DNA from: Eledone cirrhosa
Taxonomy: Eukaryota
DNA: 64,000 nucleotides
NCBI GenBank assembly: GCA_964016885.1
Contig: OZ024744.1
Span: forward strand, 16,182,001 to 16,246,000
Direction of reading: 5' to 3'
Shown: one piece after another, positions 1 to 13,441 of the stretch
How positions within the stretch are numbered: position 1 is the first letter of the stretch
Layout of the letters: each line of letters starts with the position of its first letter
Made by a program: the position numbers and the translations under genes
Notes under the pieces: model-generated
What the model was told of the DNA's origin: nothing
Seen by the model: the letters and a program-made list of their open reading frames with translations, nothing else
The model's database searches: none

Positions 1-689
1 AAGGAAGTTGGAGAAGGGGAGTATGAAGGAAGTTGGAGAAGAATCTGAAGGAAGTTGGAGAAGGAGAGTATGAAGGAAGTTGAAGGAGAAGAATATGAAG
101 GAAGTTGAAGGAGAATCTGAAGGAAGTTGGAGAAGGAGAGTATGAAGGAAGTTGAAGAAGGAGAATCTGAAGGAAGTTGGAGATGGAGAGTATGAAGGAA
201 GTTAGAGAAGGAGAATATGAAGGAAATTGAAGGAGGAGTATATGAACGAAGTTGGAGAAGGAGAATATGAAGGAAGTTGAAGGAGCAGAATATGAAGGAA
301 GTTGAAGAAGGACAATCAGAAGGAAGTTGGAGAAGGAGAGTATGAAGGAAGTTGAAGAAGGAGAATCTGAAAGAAGTTGGAGAAGGAGAGTATGAAAGAA
401 GTTGGAGAAGGAGAGTATGAATGAAGTTGAAGAAGGAGAATCTGAAGGAAGTTGGAGGAGAGTATGAAGGAAGTTGGAGAAAGAGAGTATGAAGGAAGTT
501 GAAGGAGGAGTATATGAACGAAGTTGGAGATGGAGAATATGAAGAAAGTTGAAGTAGGAGAATATGAAGTAAGTTGAAGAAGGAGAATCAGAAGGAAGTT
601 GGAGAAGGAGAATATAAAGGAAGTTGAAGGAGCAGAATATGAAGGAAGATGGAGAAGAAGAGTATGAAGGAAGTTGGAGAAGGAGAATA

Positions 690-3600
690 TGAAGGAATTT
701 GGAGAAGTAGAGTATGAAGGAAGTTGGAGAAGGAGAATATGAAGAAAGTAGAAGGAGGAGAATATGAAGGAAGTTGGAGGAGGAGAGTATGAAGGAAGTT
801 GGAGAAGGAGAGTATGAAGGAGGTTGGAGAAGGAGAATATGAAGGAAGTTGGAGAAGGAGAGTATGAGGGAGCTTGGAATTGTAGAGTATGAAGGAAGTT
901 GGAGAAGGATAATATGAAGGAAGTTGGAGAAGCAGAGTATGAAGGATGTTGGAGAAGGAGAGTTTGAAGGAAGTTGGAGGAGGAGAGTATGAAGGAAGTT
1001 GGAGAAGGAGAATCTGACGGACGTTGGAGAAGGAGAGTAGGAAAGAAGTTGGAGAAGGATAATATGAAGGAAGTTGGATAAGGAGAATATGAAGGAAGTT
1101 GAAGGAGGAGAATATTAAAGAAGTTGGAAAAGGAGAGTATGAAGGAAGTTGGAGAAAGAGAATCTGAAGTAAGTTGGAGAAGGAGAGTATGAAGGAAGTT
1201 GGAGAAGGAGACTATGAAGGATGTTGGAGAAGGAAAGTATGAAGGAAGTTGGAGAAGGAGAGTATGAAGGAAGTTGGAGAAGGAGATTATGAAGGAAGTT
1301 GGAGAAGGCGAGTATGAAGGAAGTTGGAGAAGGAGCGTATGATGGAAGTTGGAGAAGGAGATTATGAAGGAAGTTGAATAAGGAGAATATAAAGGAAGTT
1401 GGAGAAGGAGAGTATGAAGGAAGTTGGAGAAGGAGAGTATGAAGGGGGCTGGAGGAGGAGAATATGAAGGAAGTTGGAGAAGGAGAGTATGAAGGAAGTT
1501 GGAGAAGTAGAATATGAAGGAAGTTGGGGAAGAAGGTATGAAGGAAGTTGGAGAAGGAAAGTCTGAAGGAAGTTGGAGCTGGAGAGTATGAAGGAAGTTG
1601 AAGAAGGAGAGTATGAAGGAAGTTGGAGAAGTAGAGTATGAAGGAAGTTGGAGATGGAGAGTATGAAATAAGTTGAATAAGGAGAATATCAAGGAAGTTG
1701 AAGAAGGAGAATATGAAGGAAGTTGGAGAAGGAGAGTATGAAGGAAGTTGAAGGAAGAAAATATGAAGGAAGTTGGAGAAGGAGAGTATGAAGGAAGTTG
1801 GAGAAGGAGAATATGAAGGAAGTTGCAGAAGGATAATATGAAGGAAGTTGGAGAAGGAGTGTATGAAGGAAGTTGGAGAAGGCGAGTATGAAGGAAATTG
1901 GAGACGGAGAGTATGAAGGAGGTTGGAGGAGGAGAGTATGAAGGAAGTTGGAGAAGGAGAATATGAAGGAAATTGGAGAAGGAGCGTATGAAGGAAGTTG
2001 GAGAAGGCGATTATGAAGGAAGTTGGAGAAAGAGAGTATGAAGGAAGTTGGAGAAGGAGAGTTTGAAGAAAGTTGGAGAAGGAGAGTATGAAGGAAGTTG
2101 AAGGAAGAAAATATGAAGGAAGTTGGAGGAGGAGAATATGAATGAAGTTGGAGAAGGAGAATATGAAGGAAGTTGGAGAAGGAAAATATGAAGGATGTTG
2201 GAGAAGGATAATATGAAAGAAGTTGGAGAAGGAGAGTATGAAGGAAGTTGGAGAAGGAGAGTATGAAGGAAATTGGAGAAGGAGATTATGAAGGAAGTTG
2301 GAGAAGGAGAGTATGAAGGAAGTTGGAGAAGGAGCGTATGAAGGAAGTTGAAGGAGGAGAATATGAAGGAAGTTGAAGAAGGAGAATATGAAGGAAGTTG
2401 GAGAAGGAGAGTATGAAGGAAGTTGAAGGAAGAAAATATGAAGGAAGTTGGAGGAGGAGAATATGAAAGGAAGTTGGAGAAGGAAAATATGAAGGATGTT
2501 GGAGAAGGATAATATGAAAGAAGTTGGAGAAGGAGAGTATGAAGGAAGTTGGAGAAGGCGATTATGAAGGAAGTTGGAGAAGGAGAGTATGAAGGAAGTT
2601 GGAGAAGGAGCGTATGAAGGAAGTTGGAGAAGGAGAGTATGAAGGAAGTTGAAGGAAGAAATATGAAGGAAGTTGGAGGAGGAGAATATGAAGGAATTTG
2701 GAGAAGGAAAATATGAAGGATGTTGGAGAAGGATAATATGAAAGAAGTTGGAGAAGGAGAGTATGAAGAAAGTTGAATAAGGAGAATATGAAGGAAGTTG
2801 GAGAAGGAGAGTATGAAGGAAGTTGGAGAAGGAGAATATGAAGGAAGTTGGAGAAGGAGAGTATGAAGGAAGTTGGAGAAGGAGAGTATGAAGGAAGTTG
2901 GAGAAGGAGAGTATGAAGGAAGTTGAAGGAGGAGAATAAGAAGGAAGTTGGAGAAGGAGAGTATAAAGGAAGTTGAAGGAGGAGAATATGAAGGAATTTG
3001 AAGAAGGAGAATCTGAAGGAAGTTGGAGAAAGAGAGTATGAAGGAAGTTGAAGGAGGAGAATATGAAGGAAGTTGAAGGAGGAGAATATGAACGAATTTG
3101 GAGAAGGAGAGTATGAAGGAAGTTGGAGAAGGAGAATCTGAAGGAAGTTGGAGAAGGAGAGTATGAAGGAAGTTGAAGGAGAAGAATATGAAGGAAGTTG
3201 AAGAAAGAGAATCTGAAGGAAGTTGGAGAAGGAGAGTGTGAAGAAAGTTGAAGAAGGAGAATCTGAAGGAAGTTGGAGAAGGAGCGTATGAAGGAAGTTG
3301 GAGAAGGAGAGTATGAAGGAAGTTGGAGAAGGAGCGTATGAAGGAAGTTGAAGAAGGAGAATCTGAAGGAAGTTGTAGAAGGAGCGTATGAAGGAAGTTG
3401 GAGAAGGCGATTATGAAGGAAGTTGGAGAAGGAGAGTATGAAGGAAGTTGGAGAAGGAGCGTATGAAGGAAGTTGGAGAAGGAGAGTATGAAGGAAGTTG
3501 AAGGAAGAAATATGAAGGAAGTTGGAGGAGGAGAATGTGAAGGAATTTGGAGAAGGAAAATATGAAGGATGTTGGAGAAGGATAATATGAAAGAAGTTGG

Positions 3601-6110
3601 AGAAGGAGAGTATGAAGAAAGTTGAATAAGGAGAATATGAAGGAAGTTGGAGGAGGAGAGTATGAAGGAAGTTGGAGAAGGAGAATATGAAGGAAGTTGG
3701 AGAAGGAGAGTATGAAGGAAGTTGGAGAAGGAGAGTATGAAGGAAGTTGGAGAAGGAGAGTATGAAGGAAGTTGAAGGAGGAGAATAAGAAGGAAGTTGG
3801 AGAAGGAGAGTATGAAGGAAGTTGAAGGAGGAGAATATGAAGGAATTTGAAGAAGGAGAATATGAAGGAAGTTGGAGAAAGAGAGTATGAAGGAAGTTGA
3901 AGGAGGAGAATATGAAGGAAGTTGAAGGAGGAGAATATGAACGAATTTGGAGAAGGAGATTATGAAGGAAGTTGGAGAAGGAGAATCTGAAGGAAGTTGG
4001 AGAAGGAGAGTATGAAGGAAGTTGAAGGAGAAGAATATGAAGGAAGTTGAAGAAAGAGAATCTGAAGGAAGTTGGAGAAGGAGAGTATGAAGGAAGTTGA
4101 AGAAGGAGAATCTGAAGGAAGTTGGAGAAGGAGAGTATGAAGGAAGTTGGAGAAGGAGAGTTTGAAGGAGGTTGGAGAAGGAGAATATGAAGGAAGTTGG
4201 AGAAGGATAATATGAAGGAAGTTGGAGAAGCAGAGTATGAAGGATGTTGGAGAAGGAGATTTTGAAGGAAGTTGGAGGAGGAGAGTATGAAGGAATTTGG
4301 AGAAGGAGAGTATGAAGGAAGTTGGAGAAGGAGAATATGAAGAAAGTTGAAGGAGGAGAATATGAAGGAAGTTGGAGGAGGAGAGTATGAAGGAAGTTGG
4401 AGAAGGAGAGTATGAAGGAGGTTGGAGAAGGACAATATGAAGGAAGTTGGAGAAGGAGAGTATGAAGGAGCTTGGAATTGTAGAGTATGAAGGAAGTTGG
4501 AGAAGGATAATATGAAGGAAGTTGGAGAAGCAGAGTATGAAGGATGTTGGAGAAGGAGAGTTTGAAGGAAGTTGGAGGAGGAGAGTATGAAGGAAGTTGG
4601 AGAAGGAGAATCTGACGGACGTTGGAGAAGGAGAGTAGGAAAGAAGTTGGAGAAGGATAATATGAAGGAAGTTGGATAAGGAGAATATGAAGGAAGTTGA
4701 AGGAGGAGAATATTAAAGAAGTTGGAAAAGGAGAGTATGAAGGAAGTTGGAGAAAGAGAATCTGAAGGAAGTTGGAGAAGGAGAGTATGAAGGAAGTTGG
4801 AGAAGGAGACTATGAAGGAAGTTGGAGAAGGAAAGTATGAAGGAAGTTGGAGAAGGAGAGTATGAAGGAAGTTGGAGAAGGAGATTATGAAGGAAGTTGG
4901 AGAAGGCGAGTATGAAGGAAGTTGGAGAAGGAGCGTATGATGGAAGTTGGAGAAGGAGATTATGAAGGAAGTTGAATAAGGAGAATATGAAGGAAGTTGG
5001 AGAAGGAGAGTATGAAGGAAGTTGGAGAAGGAGAGTATGAAGGGGGCTGGAGGAGGAGAATATGAAGGAAGTTGGAGAAGGAGAGTATGAAGGAAGTTGG
5101 AGAAGTAGAATATGAAGGAAGTTGGGGAAGAAGGTATGAAGGAAGTTGGAGAAGGAGAGTCTGAAGGAAGTTGGAGCTGGAGAGTATGAAGGAAGTTGAA
5201 GAAGGAGAGTATGAAGGAAGTTGGAGAAGGAGAGTCTGAAGGAAGTTGGAGATGGAGAGTATGAAATAAGTTGAATAAGGAGAATATCAAGGAAGTTGAA
5301 GAAGGAGAATATGAAGGAAGTTGGAGAAGGAGAGTATGAAGGAAGTTGAAGGAAGAAAATATGAAGGAAGTTAGAGAAGGAGAGTATGAAGGAAGTTGGA
5401 GAAGGAGAATATGAAGGAAGTTGCAGAAGGATAATATGAAGGAAGTTGGAGAAGGAGAGTATGAAGGATGTTGGAGAAGGCGAGTATGAAGGAAATTGGA
5501 GAAGGAGAGTATGAAGGAGGTTGGAGGAGGAGAGTATGAAGGAAGTTGTGGAAGAAGGTATGAAGGAAGTTGGAGAAGGAGAGTTTGAAGAAAGTTGGAG
5601 AAGGAGAGTATGAAGGAAGTTGAAGGAAGAAAATATGAAGGAAGTTGGAGGAGGAGAATATGAAGGAAGATGGAGAAGGAGAATATGAAGGAAGTTGGAG
5701 AAGGAAAATATGAAGGATGTTGGAGAAGGATAATATGAAAGAAGTTGGAGAAGGAGAGTATGAAGGAAGTTGGAGAAGGAGAGTATGAAGGAAGTTGGAG
5801 AAGGAGATTATGAAGGAAGTTGGAGAAGGAGAGTATGAAGGTAGTTGGGGAAGGAGCGTATGAAGGAAGTTGAAGTAGGAGAATATGAAGGAAGTTGAAG
5901 AAGGAGAATATGAAGGAAGTTGGAGAAGGAGAGTATGAAGGAAGTTGAAGGAAGAAAATATGAAGGAAGTTGGAGGAGGAGAATATGAAAGGAAGTTGGA
6001 GAAGGAAAATATGAAGGATGTTGGAGAAGGATAATATGAAAGAAGTTGGAGAAGGAGAGTATGAAGGAAGTTGTAGAAGGAGCGTATGAAGGAAGTTGGA
6101 GAAGGCGATT
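690..6110 (+). repeat. Higher-order repeat pair, offset 3598 bp (about 690-2560 vs about 4290-6110)
   Basis: Marker TCTGACGGACG at 1013 and 4611. ORF starts at 1692 and 5290 give near-identical translations. The order of variant monomers is the same in both blocks, and the offset drops to about 3520 distally after a deletion. Confidence 0.85.
2540..4134 (+). repeat. Local duplication, offset 849 bp (34 monomers, one of them 24 bp)
   Basis: GCGATTATG at 2558 and 3407. The private 24-bp variant GAAGGAAGAAATATG occurs at 2651 and 3500. Confidence 0.85.
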
Positions 6111-6799
6111 ATGAAGGAAGTTGGAGAAGGAGAGTATGAAGGAAGTTGGAGAAGGAGCGTATGAAGGAAGTTGAAGGAAGAAAATATGAAGGAAGTTGGA
6201 GGAGGAGAATATGAAGGAATTTGGAGAAGGAAAACATGAAGGATGTTGGAGAAGGATAATATGAAAGAAGTTGGAGAAGGAGAGTATGAAGAAAGTTGAA
6301 TAAGGAGAATATGAAGGAAGTTGGAGAAGGAGAGTATGAAGGAAGTTGGAGAAGGAGAATATGAAGGAAGTTGGAGAAGGAGAGTATGAAGGAAGTTGGA
6401 GAAGGAGAGTATGAAGGAAGTTGGAGAAGGAGAGTATGAAGGAAGTTGAAGAAGGAGAATAAGAAGGAAGTTGGAGAAGGAGAGTATGAAGGAAGTTGAA
6501 GGAGGAGAATATGAAGGAATTTGAAGAAGGAGAATCTGAAGGAAGTTGGAGAAAGAGAGTATGAAGGAAGTTGAAGGAGGAGAATATGAAGGAAGTTGAA
6601 GGAGGAGAATATGAACGAATTTGGAGAAGGAGAGTATGAAGGAAGTTGGAGAAGGAGAATCTGAAGGAAGTTGGAGAAGGAGAGTATGAAGGAAGTTGAA
6701 GGAGAAGAATATGAAGGAAGTTGAAGAAAGAGAATCTGAGGGAAGTTGGAGAAGGAGAGTATGAAGGAAGTTGAAGAAGGAGAATCTGAAGGAAGTTGG

Positions 6800-7320
6800 A
6801 GAAGGAGAGTATGAAGGAAGTTGGAGAAGAGAGTATGAAGGAGGTTGGAGAAGGAGAATATGAAGGAAGTTGGAGAAGGAGAGTATGAAGGAGCTTGGAA
6901 TTGTAGAGTATGAAGGAAGTTGGAGAAGGATAATATGAAGGAAGTTGGAGAAGCAGAGTATGAAGGATGTTGGAGAAGGAGAGTTTGAAGGAAGTTGGAG
7001 GAGGAGAGTATGAAGGAATTTGGAGAAGGAGAGTATGAAGGAAGTTGGAGAAGGAGAATATGAAGAAAGTTGAAGGAGGAGAATATGAAGGAAGTTGGAG
7101 GAGGAGAGTATGAAGGAAGTTGGAGAAGGAGAGTATGAAGGAGGTTGGAGAAGGAGAATATGAAGGAAGTTGGAGAAGGAGAGTATGAAGGAGCTTGGAA
7201 TTGTAGAGTATGAAGGAAGTTGGAGAAGGATAATATGAAGGAAGTTGGAGAAGCAGAGTATGAAGGAAGTTGGAGAAGGAGAGTTTGAAGGAAGTTGGAG
7301 GAGGAGAGTATGAAGGAAGT
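6800..7320 (+). repeat. Representative 300-bp (12-monomer) higher-order doublet, recurring many times in the window
   Basis: GAGCTTGGAATTGTAGAG at 6891 and 7191. The same 300-bp pairing occurs near 13.3/13.6, 16.5/16.8, 18.35/18.65, 36.0/36.3, 39.0/39.3, 45.9/46.2, 51.9/52.2, 55.2/55.5 and 56.9/57.2 kb. Confidence 0.9.
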
Positions 7321-8959
7321 TGGAGAAGGAGAATCTGACGGACGTTGGAGAAGGAGAGTAGGAAAGAAGTTGGAGAAGGATAATATGAAGGAAGTTGGAT
7401 AAGGAGAATATGAAGGAAGTTGGAGGAGAGTATGAAGGAAGTTGGAGAAAGAGAGTATGAAGGAAGTTGAAGGAGGAGTATATGAACGAAGTTGGAGATG
7501 GAGAATATGAAGAAAGTTGAAGTAGGACAATATGAAGTAAGTTGAAGAAGGAGAATCAGAAGGAAGTTGGAGAAGGAGAATATGAAGGAAGTTGAAGGAG
7601 CAGAATATGAAGGAAGATGGAGAAGGAGAGTATGAAGGAAGTTGGAGAAGGAGAATATGAAGGAATTTGGAGAAGGAGAGTATGAAGGAAGTTGGAGAAG
7701 GAGAATATGAAGAAAGTTGAAGGAGGAGAATATGAAGGAAGTTGGAGGAGGAGAGTATGAAGGAAGTTGGAGAAGGAGAGTATGAAGGAGGTTGGAGAAG
7801 GAGAATATGAAGGAAGTTGGAGAAGGAGAGTATGAAGGAGCTTGGAATTGTAGAGTATGAAGGAAGTTGGAGAAGGATAATATGAAGGAAGTTGGAGAAG
7901 CAGAGTATGAAGGATGTTGGAGAAGGAGAGTTTGAACAAGTTGGAGGAGGAGAGTATGAAGGAAGTTGGAGAAGGAGAATCTGACGGACGTTGGAGAAGG
8001 AGAGTAGTAAAGAAGTTGGAGAAGGATAATATCAAGGAAGTTGGATAAGGAGAATATGAAGGAAGTTGAAGGAGGAGAATATTAAAGAAGTTGGAAAAGG
8101 AGAGTATGTAGGAAGGTGGAGAAAGAGAATCTGAAGGAAGTTGGAGAAGGAGAGTATGAAGGAAGTTGGAGAAGGAGACTATGAAGGAAGTTGGAGAAGG
8201 AAAGTATGAAGGAAGTTGGAGAAGGAGAGTATGAAGGAAGTTGGAGAAGGAGATTATGAAGGAATTTGGAGAAGGCGAGTATGAAGGAAGTTGGAGAAGG
8301 AGCGTATGATGGAAGTTGGAGAAGGAGATTATGAAGGAAGTTGAATAAGGAGAATATGAAGGAAGTTGGAGAAGGAGAGTATGAAGGAAGTTGGAGAAGG
8401 AGAGTATGAAGGGGGTCGGAGGAGGAGAATATGAAGGAAGTTGGGGAAGAAGGTATGAAGGAAGTTGGAGAAGGAGTGTCTGAAGGAAGTTGGAGCTGGA
8501 GAGTATGAAGGAAGTTGAAGAAGGAGAGTATGAAGGAAGTTGGAGAAGTAGAGTATGAAGGAAGTTGGAGATGGAGAGTATGAAATAAGTTGAATAAGGA
8601 GAATATCAAGGAAGTTGAAGAAGTAGAATATGAAGGAAGTTGGAGAAGGAGAGTATGAAGGAAGTTGAAGGAAGAAAATATGAAGGAAGCTGGAGAAGGA
8701 GAGTATGAAGGAAGTTGGAGAAGGCGAGTATGAAGGAAATTGGAGAAGGAGAGTATGAAGGAGGTTGGAGGAGGAGAGTATGAAGGAAGTTGGAGAAGGA
8801 GAATATGAAGGAAATTGGAGAAGGAGCGTATGAAGGAAGTTGGAGAAAAAGAATATGAAGGAAGTTGTGGAAGAAGGTATGAAGGAAGTTGGAGAAGGAG
8901 AGTTTGAAGAAAGTTGGAGAAGGAGAGTATGAAGGAAGTTGAAGGAAGAAAATATGAAG

Positions 8960-11900
8960 GAAGTTGGAGGAGGAGAATATGAAGGAAGTTGGAGAAGGAG
9001 AATATGAAGGAAGTTGGAGAAGGAGAGTATGAAGGAAGTTGGAGATGGAGAGTATGAAATAAGTTGAATAAGGAGAATATCAAGGAAGTTGAAGAAGGAG
9101 AATATGAAGGAAGTTGGAGAAGGAGAGTATGAAGGAAGTTGAAGGAAGAAAATATGAAGGAAGTTAGAGAAGGAGAGTATGAAGGAAGTTGGAGAAGGAG
9201 AATATGAAGGAAGTTGCAGAAGGATAATATGAAGGAAGTTGGAGAAGGAGAGTATGAAGGAAGTTGGAGAAGGCGAGTATGAAGGAAATTGGAGAAGGAG
9301 AGTATGAAGGAGGTTGGAGGAGGAGAGTATGAAGGAAGTTGGAGAAGGAGAATATGAAGGAAATTGGAGAAGGAGCGTATGAAGGAAGTTGGAGAAAAAG
9401 AATATGAAGGAAGTTGTGGAAGAAGGTATGAAGGAAGTTGGAGAAGGAGAGTTTGAAGAAAGTTGGAGAAGGAGAGTATGAAGGAAGTTGAAGGAAGAAA
9501 ATATGAAGGAAGTTGGAGGAGGAGAATATGAAGGAAGATGGAGAAGGAGAATATGAAGGAAGTTGGAGAAGGAAAATATGAAGGATGTTGGAGAAGGATA
9601 ATATGAAAGAAGTTGGAGAAGGAGAGTATGAAGGAAGTTGGAGAAGGAGAGTATGAAGGAAGTTGGAGAAGGAGATTATGAAGGAAGTTGGAGAAGGAGA
9701 GTATGAAGGTAGTTGGGGAAGGAGCGTATGAAGGAAGTTGAAGGAAGAGAATATGAAGGAAGTTGAAGAAGGAGAATATGAAGGAAGTTGGAGAAGGAGA
9801 GTATGAAGGAAGTTGAAGGAAGAAAATATGAAGGAAGTTGGAGGAGGAGAATATGAAAGGAAGTTGGAGAAGGAAAATATGAAGGATGTTGGAGAAGGAT
9901 AATATGAAAGAAGTTGGAGAAGGAGAGTATGAAGGAAGTTGTAGAAGGAGCGTATGAAGGAAGTTGGAGAAGGCGATTATGAAGGAAGTTGGAGAAGGAG
10001 AGTATGAAGGAAGTTGGAGAAGGAGCGTATGAAGGAAGTTGAAGGAAGAAAATATGAAGGAAGTTGGAGGAGGAGAATATGAAGGAATTTGGAGAAGGAA
10101 AATATGAAGGATGTTGGAGAAGGATAATATGAAAGAAGTTGGAGAAGGAGAGTATGAAGAAAGTTGAATAAGGAGAATATGAAGGAAGTTGGAGAAGGAG
10201 AGTATGAAGGAAGTTGGAGAAGGAGAATATGAAGGAAGTTGGAGAAGGAGAGTATGAAGGAAGTTGGAGAAGGAGAGTATGAAGGAAGTTGGAGAAGGAG
10301 AGTATGAAGGAAGTTGAAGAAGGAGAATAAGAAGGAAGTTGGAGAAGGAGAGTATGAAGGAAGTTGAAGGAGGAGAATATGAAGGAATTTGAAGAAGGAG
10401 AATCTGAAGGAAGTTGGAGAAAGAGAGTATGAAGGAAGTTGAAGGCGTAGAATATGAAGGAAGTTGAAGGAGGAGAATATGAACGAATTTGGAGAAGGAG
10501 AGTATGAAGGAAGTTGGAGAAGGAGAATCTGAAGGAAGTTGGAGAAGGAGAGTATGAAGGAAGTTGAAGGAGAAGAATATGAAGGAAGTTGAAGAAAGAG
10601 AATCTGAGGGAAGTTGGAGAAGGAGAGTATGAAGGAAGTTGAAGAAGGAGAATCTGAAGGAAGTTGGAGAAGGAGAGTATGAAGGAAGTTGGAGAAGAGA
10701 GTATGAAGGAGGTTGGAGAAGGAGAATATGAAGGAAGTTGGAGAAGGAGAGTATGAAGGAGCTTGGAATTGTAGAGTATGAAGGAAGTTGGAGAAGGATA
10801 ATATGAAGGAAGTTGGAGAAGCAGAGTATGAAGGATGTTGGAGAAGGAGAGTTTGAAGGAAGTTGGAGAAGGAGAGTATGAAGAAAGTTGAATAAGGAGA
10901 ATATGAAGGAAGTTGGAGAAGGAGAGTATGAAGGAAGTTGGAGAAGGACAATATGAAGGAAGTTGGAGAAGGAGAGTATGAAGGAAGTTGGAGAAGGAGA
11001 GTATGAAGGAAGTTGGAGAAGGAGAGTATGAAGGAAGTTGAAGAAGGAGAATAAGAAGGAAGTTGGAGAAGGAGAGTATGAAGGAAGTTGAAGGAGGAGA
11101 ATATGAAGGAATTTGAAGAAGGAGAATCTGAAGGAAGTTGGAGAAAGAGAGTATGAAGGAAGTTGAAGGCGTAGAATATGAAGGAAGTTGAAGGAGGAGA
11201 ATATGAACGAATTTGGAGAAGGAGAGTATGAAGGAAGTTGGAGAAGGAGAATCTGAAGGAAGTTGGAGAAGGAGAGTATGAAGGAAGTTGAAGGAGAAGA
11301 ATATGAAGGAAGTTGAAGAAAGAGAATCTGAGGGAAGTTGGAGAAGGAGAGTATGAAGGAAGTTGAAGAAGGAGAATCTGAAGGAAGTTGGAGAAGGAGA
11401 GTATGAAGGAAGTTGGAGAAGAGAGTATGAAGGAGGTTGGAGAAGGAGAATATGAAGGAAGTTGGAGAAGGAGAGTATGAAGGAGCTTGGAATTGTAGAG
11501 TATGAAGGAAGTTGGAGAAGGATAATATGAAGGAAGTTGGAGGAGGAGAATATGAAGGAAGTTGGAGAAGGAGAATATGAAGGAAGTTGGAGAAGGAGAG
11601 TATGAAGGAAGTTGGAGATGGAGAGTATGAAATAAGTTGAATAAGGAGAATATCAAGGAAGTTGAAGAAGGAGAATATGAAGGAAGTTGGAGAAGGAGAG
11701 TATGAAGGAAGTTGAAGGAAGAAAATATGAAGGAAGTTAGAGAAGGAGAGTATGAAGGAAGTTGGAGAAGGAGAATATGAAGGAAGTTGCAGAAGGATAA
11801 TATGAAGGAAGTTGGAGAAGGAGAGTATGAAGGAAGTTGGAGAAGGCGAGTATGAAGGAAATTGGAGAAGGAGAGTATGAAGGAGGTTGGAGGAGGAGAG

Positions 11901-13441
11901 TATGAAGGAAGTTGGAGAAGGAGAATATGAAGGAAATTGGAGAAGGAGCGTATGAAGGAAGTTGGAGAAAAAGAATATGAAGGAAGTTGTGGAAGAAGGT
12001 ATGAAGGAAGTTGGAGAAGGAGAGTTTGAAGAAAGTTGGAGAAGGAGAGTATGAAGGAAGTTGAAGGAAGAAAATATGAAGGAAGTTGGAGGAGGAGAAT
12101 ATGAAGGAAGATGGAGAAGGAGAATATGAAGGAAGTTGGAGAAGGAAAATATGAAGGATGTTGGAGAAGGATAATATGAAAGAAGTTGGAGAAGGAGAGT
12201 ATGAAGGAAGTTGGAGAAGGAGAGTATGAAGGAAGTTGGAGAAGGAGATTATGAAGGAAGTTGGAGAAGGAGAGTATGAAGGTAGTTGGGGAAGGAGCGT
12301 ATGAAGGAAGTTGAAGGAGGAGAATATGAAGGAAGTTGAAGAAGGAGAATATGAAGGAAGTTGGAGAAGGAGAGTATGAAGGAAGTTGAAGGAAGAAAAT
12401 ATGAAGGAAGTTGGAGGAGGAGAATATGAAAGGAAGTTGGAGAAGGAAAATATGAAGGATGTTGGAGAAGGATAATATGAAAGAAGTTGGAGAAGGAGAG
12501 TATGAAGGAAGTTGTAGAAGGAGCGTATGAAGGAAGTTGGAGAAGGCGATTATGAAGGAAGTTGGAGAAGGAGAGTATGAAGGAAGTTGGAGAAGGAGCG
12601 TATGAAGGAAGTTGAAGGAAGAAAATATGAAGGAAGTTGGAGGAGGAGAATATGAAGGAATTTGGAGAAGGAAAATATGAAGGATGTTGGAGAAGGATAA
12701 TATGAAAGAAGTTGGAGAAGGAGAGTATGAAGAAAGTTGAATAAGGAGAATATGAAGGAAGTTGGAGAAGGAGAGTATGAAGGAAGTTGGAGAAGGAGAA
12801 TATGAAGGAAGTTGGAGAAGGAGAGTATGAAGGAAGTTGGAGAAGGAGAGTATGAAGGAAGTTGGAGAAGGAGAGTATGAAGGAAGTTGAAGAAGGAGAA
12901 TAAGAAGGAAGTTGGAGAAGGAGAGTATGAAGGAAGTTGAAGGAGGAGAATATGAAGGAATTTGAAGAAGGAGAATCTGAAGGAAGTTGGAGAAAGAGAG
13001 TATGAAGGAAGTTGAAGGCGTAGAATATGAAGGAAGTTGAAGGAGGAGAATATGAACGAATTTGGAGAAGGAGAGTATGAAGGAAGTTGGAGAAGGAGAA
13101 TCTGAAGGAAGTTGGAGAAGGAGAGTATGAAGGAAGTTGAAGGAGAAGAATATGAAGGAAGTTGAAGAAAGAGAATCTGAGGGAAGTTGGAGAAGGAGAG
13201 TATGAAGGAAGTTGAAGAAGGAGAATCTGAAGGAAGTTGGAGAAGGAGAGTATGAAGGAAGTTGGAGAAGAGAGTATGAAGGAGGTTGGAGAAGGAGAAT
13301 ATGAAGGAAGTTGGAGAAGGAGAGTATGAAGGAGCTTGGAATTGTAGAGTATGAAGGAAGTTGGAGAAGGATAATATGAAGGAAGTTGGAGAAGCAGAGT
13401 ATGAAGGATGTTGGAGAAGGAGAGTTTGAAGGAAGTTGGAG
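8960..13441 (+). repeat. Duplication with offset 2573 bp enclosing a 724-bp (29-monomer) local duplication
   Basis: ORF ends 9083/11656 and 9977/12550 both differ by 2573. The private variant GAAGGCGTAGAATATG occurs at 10441, 11165 (+724) and 13014 (+2573). Confidence 0.85.

Noticed and set aside
870-890. GAGCTTGGAATTGTAG (and GTGTGATTG near 20012) as insertions or transposon footprints
   Set aside because: They keep the 25-bp length and phase, so they are multiply substituted monomers. No target-site duplication or terminal repeat is visible.
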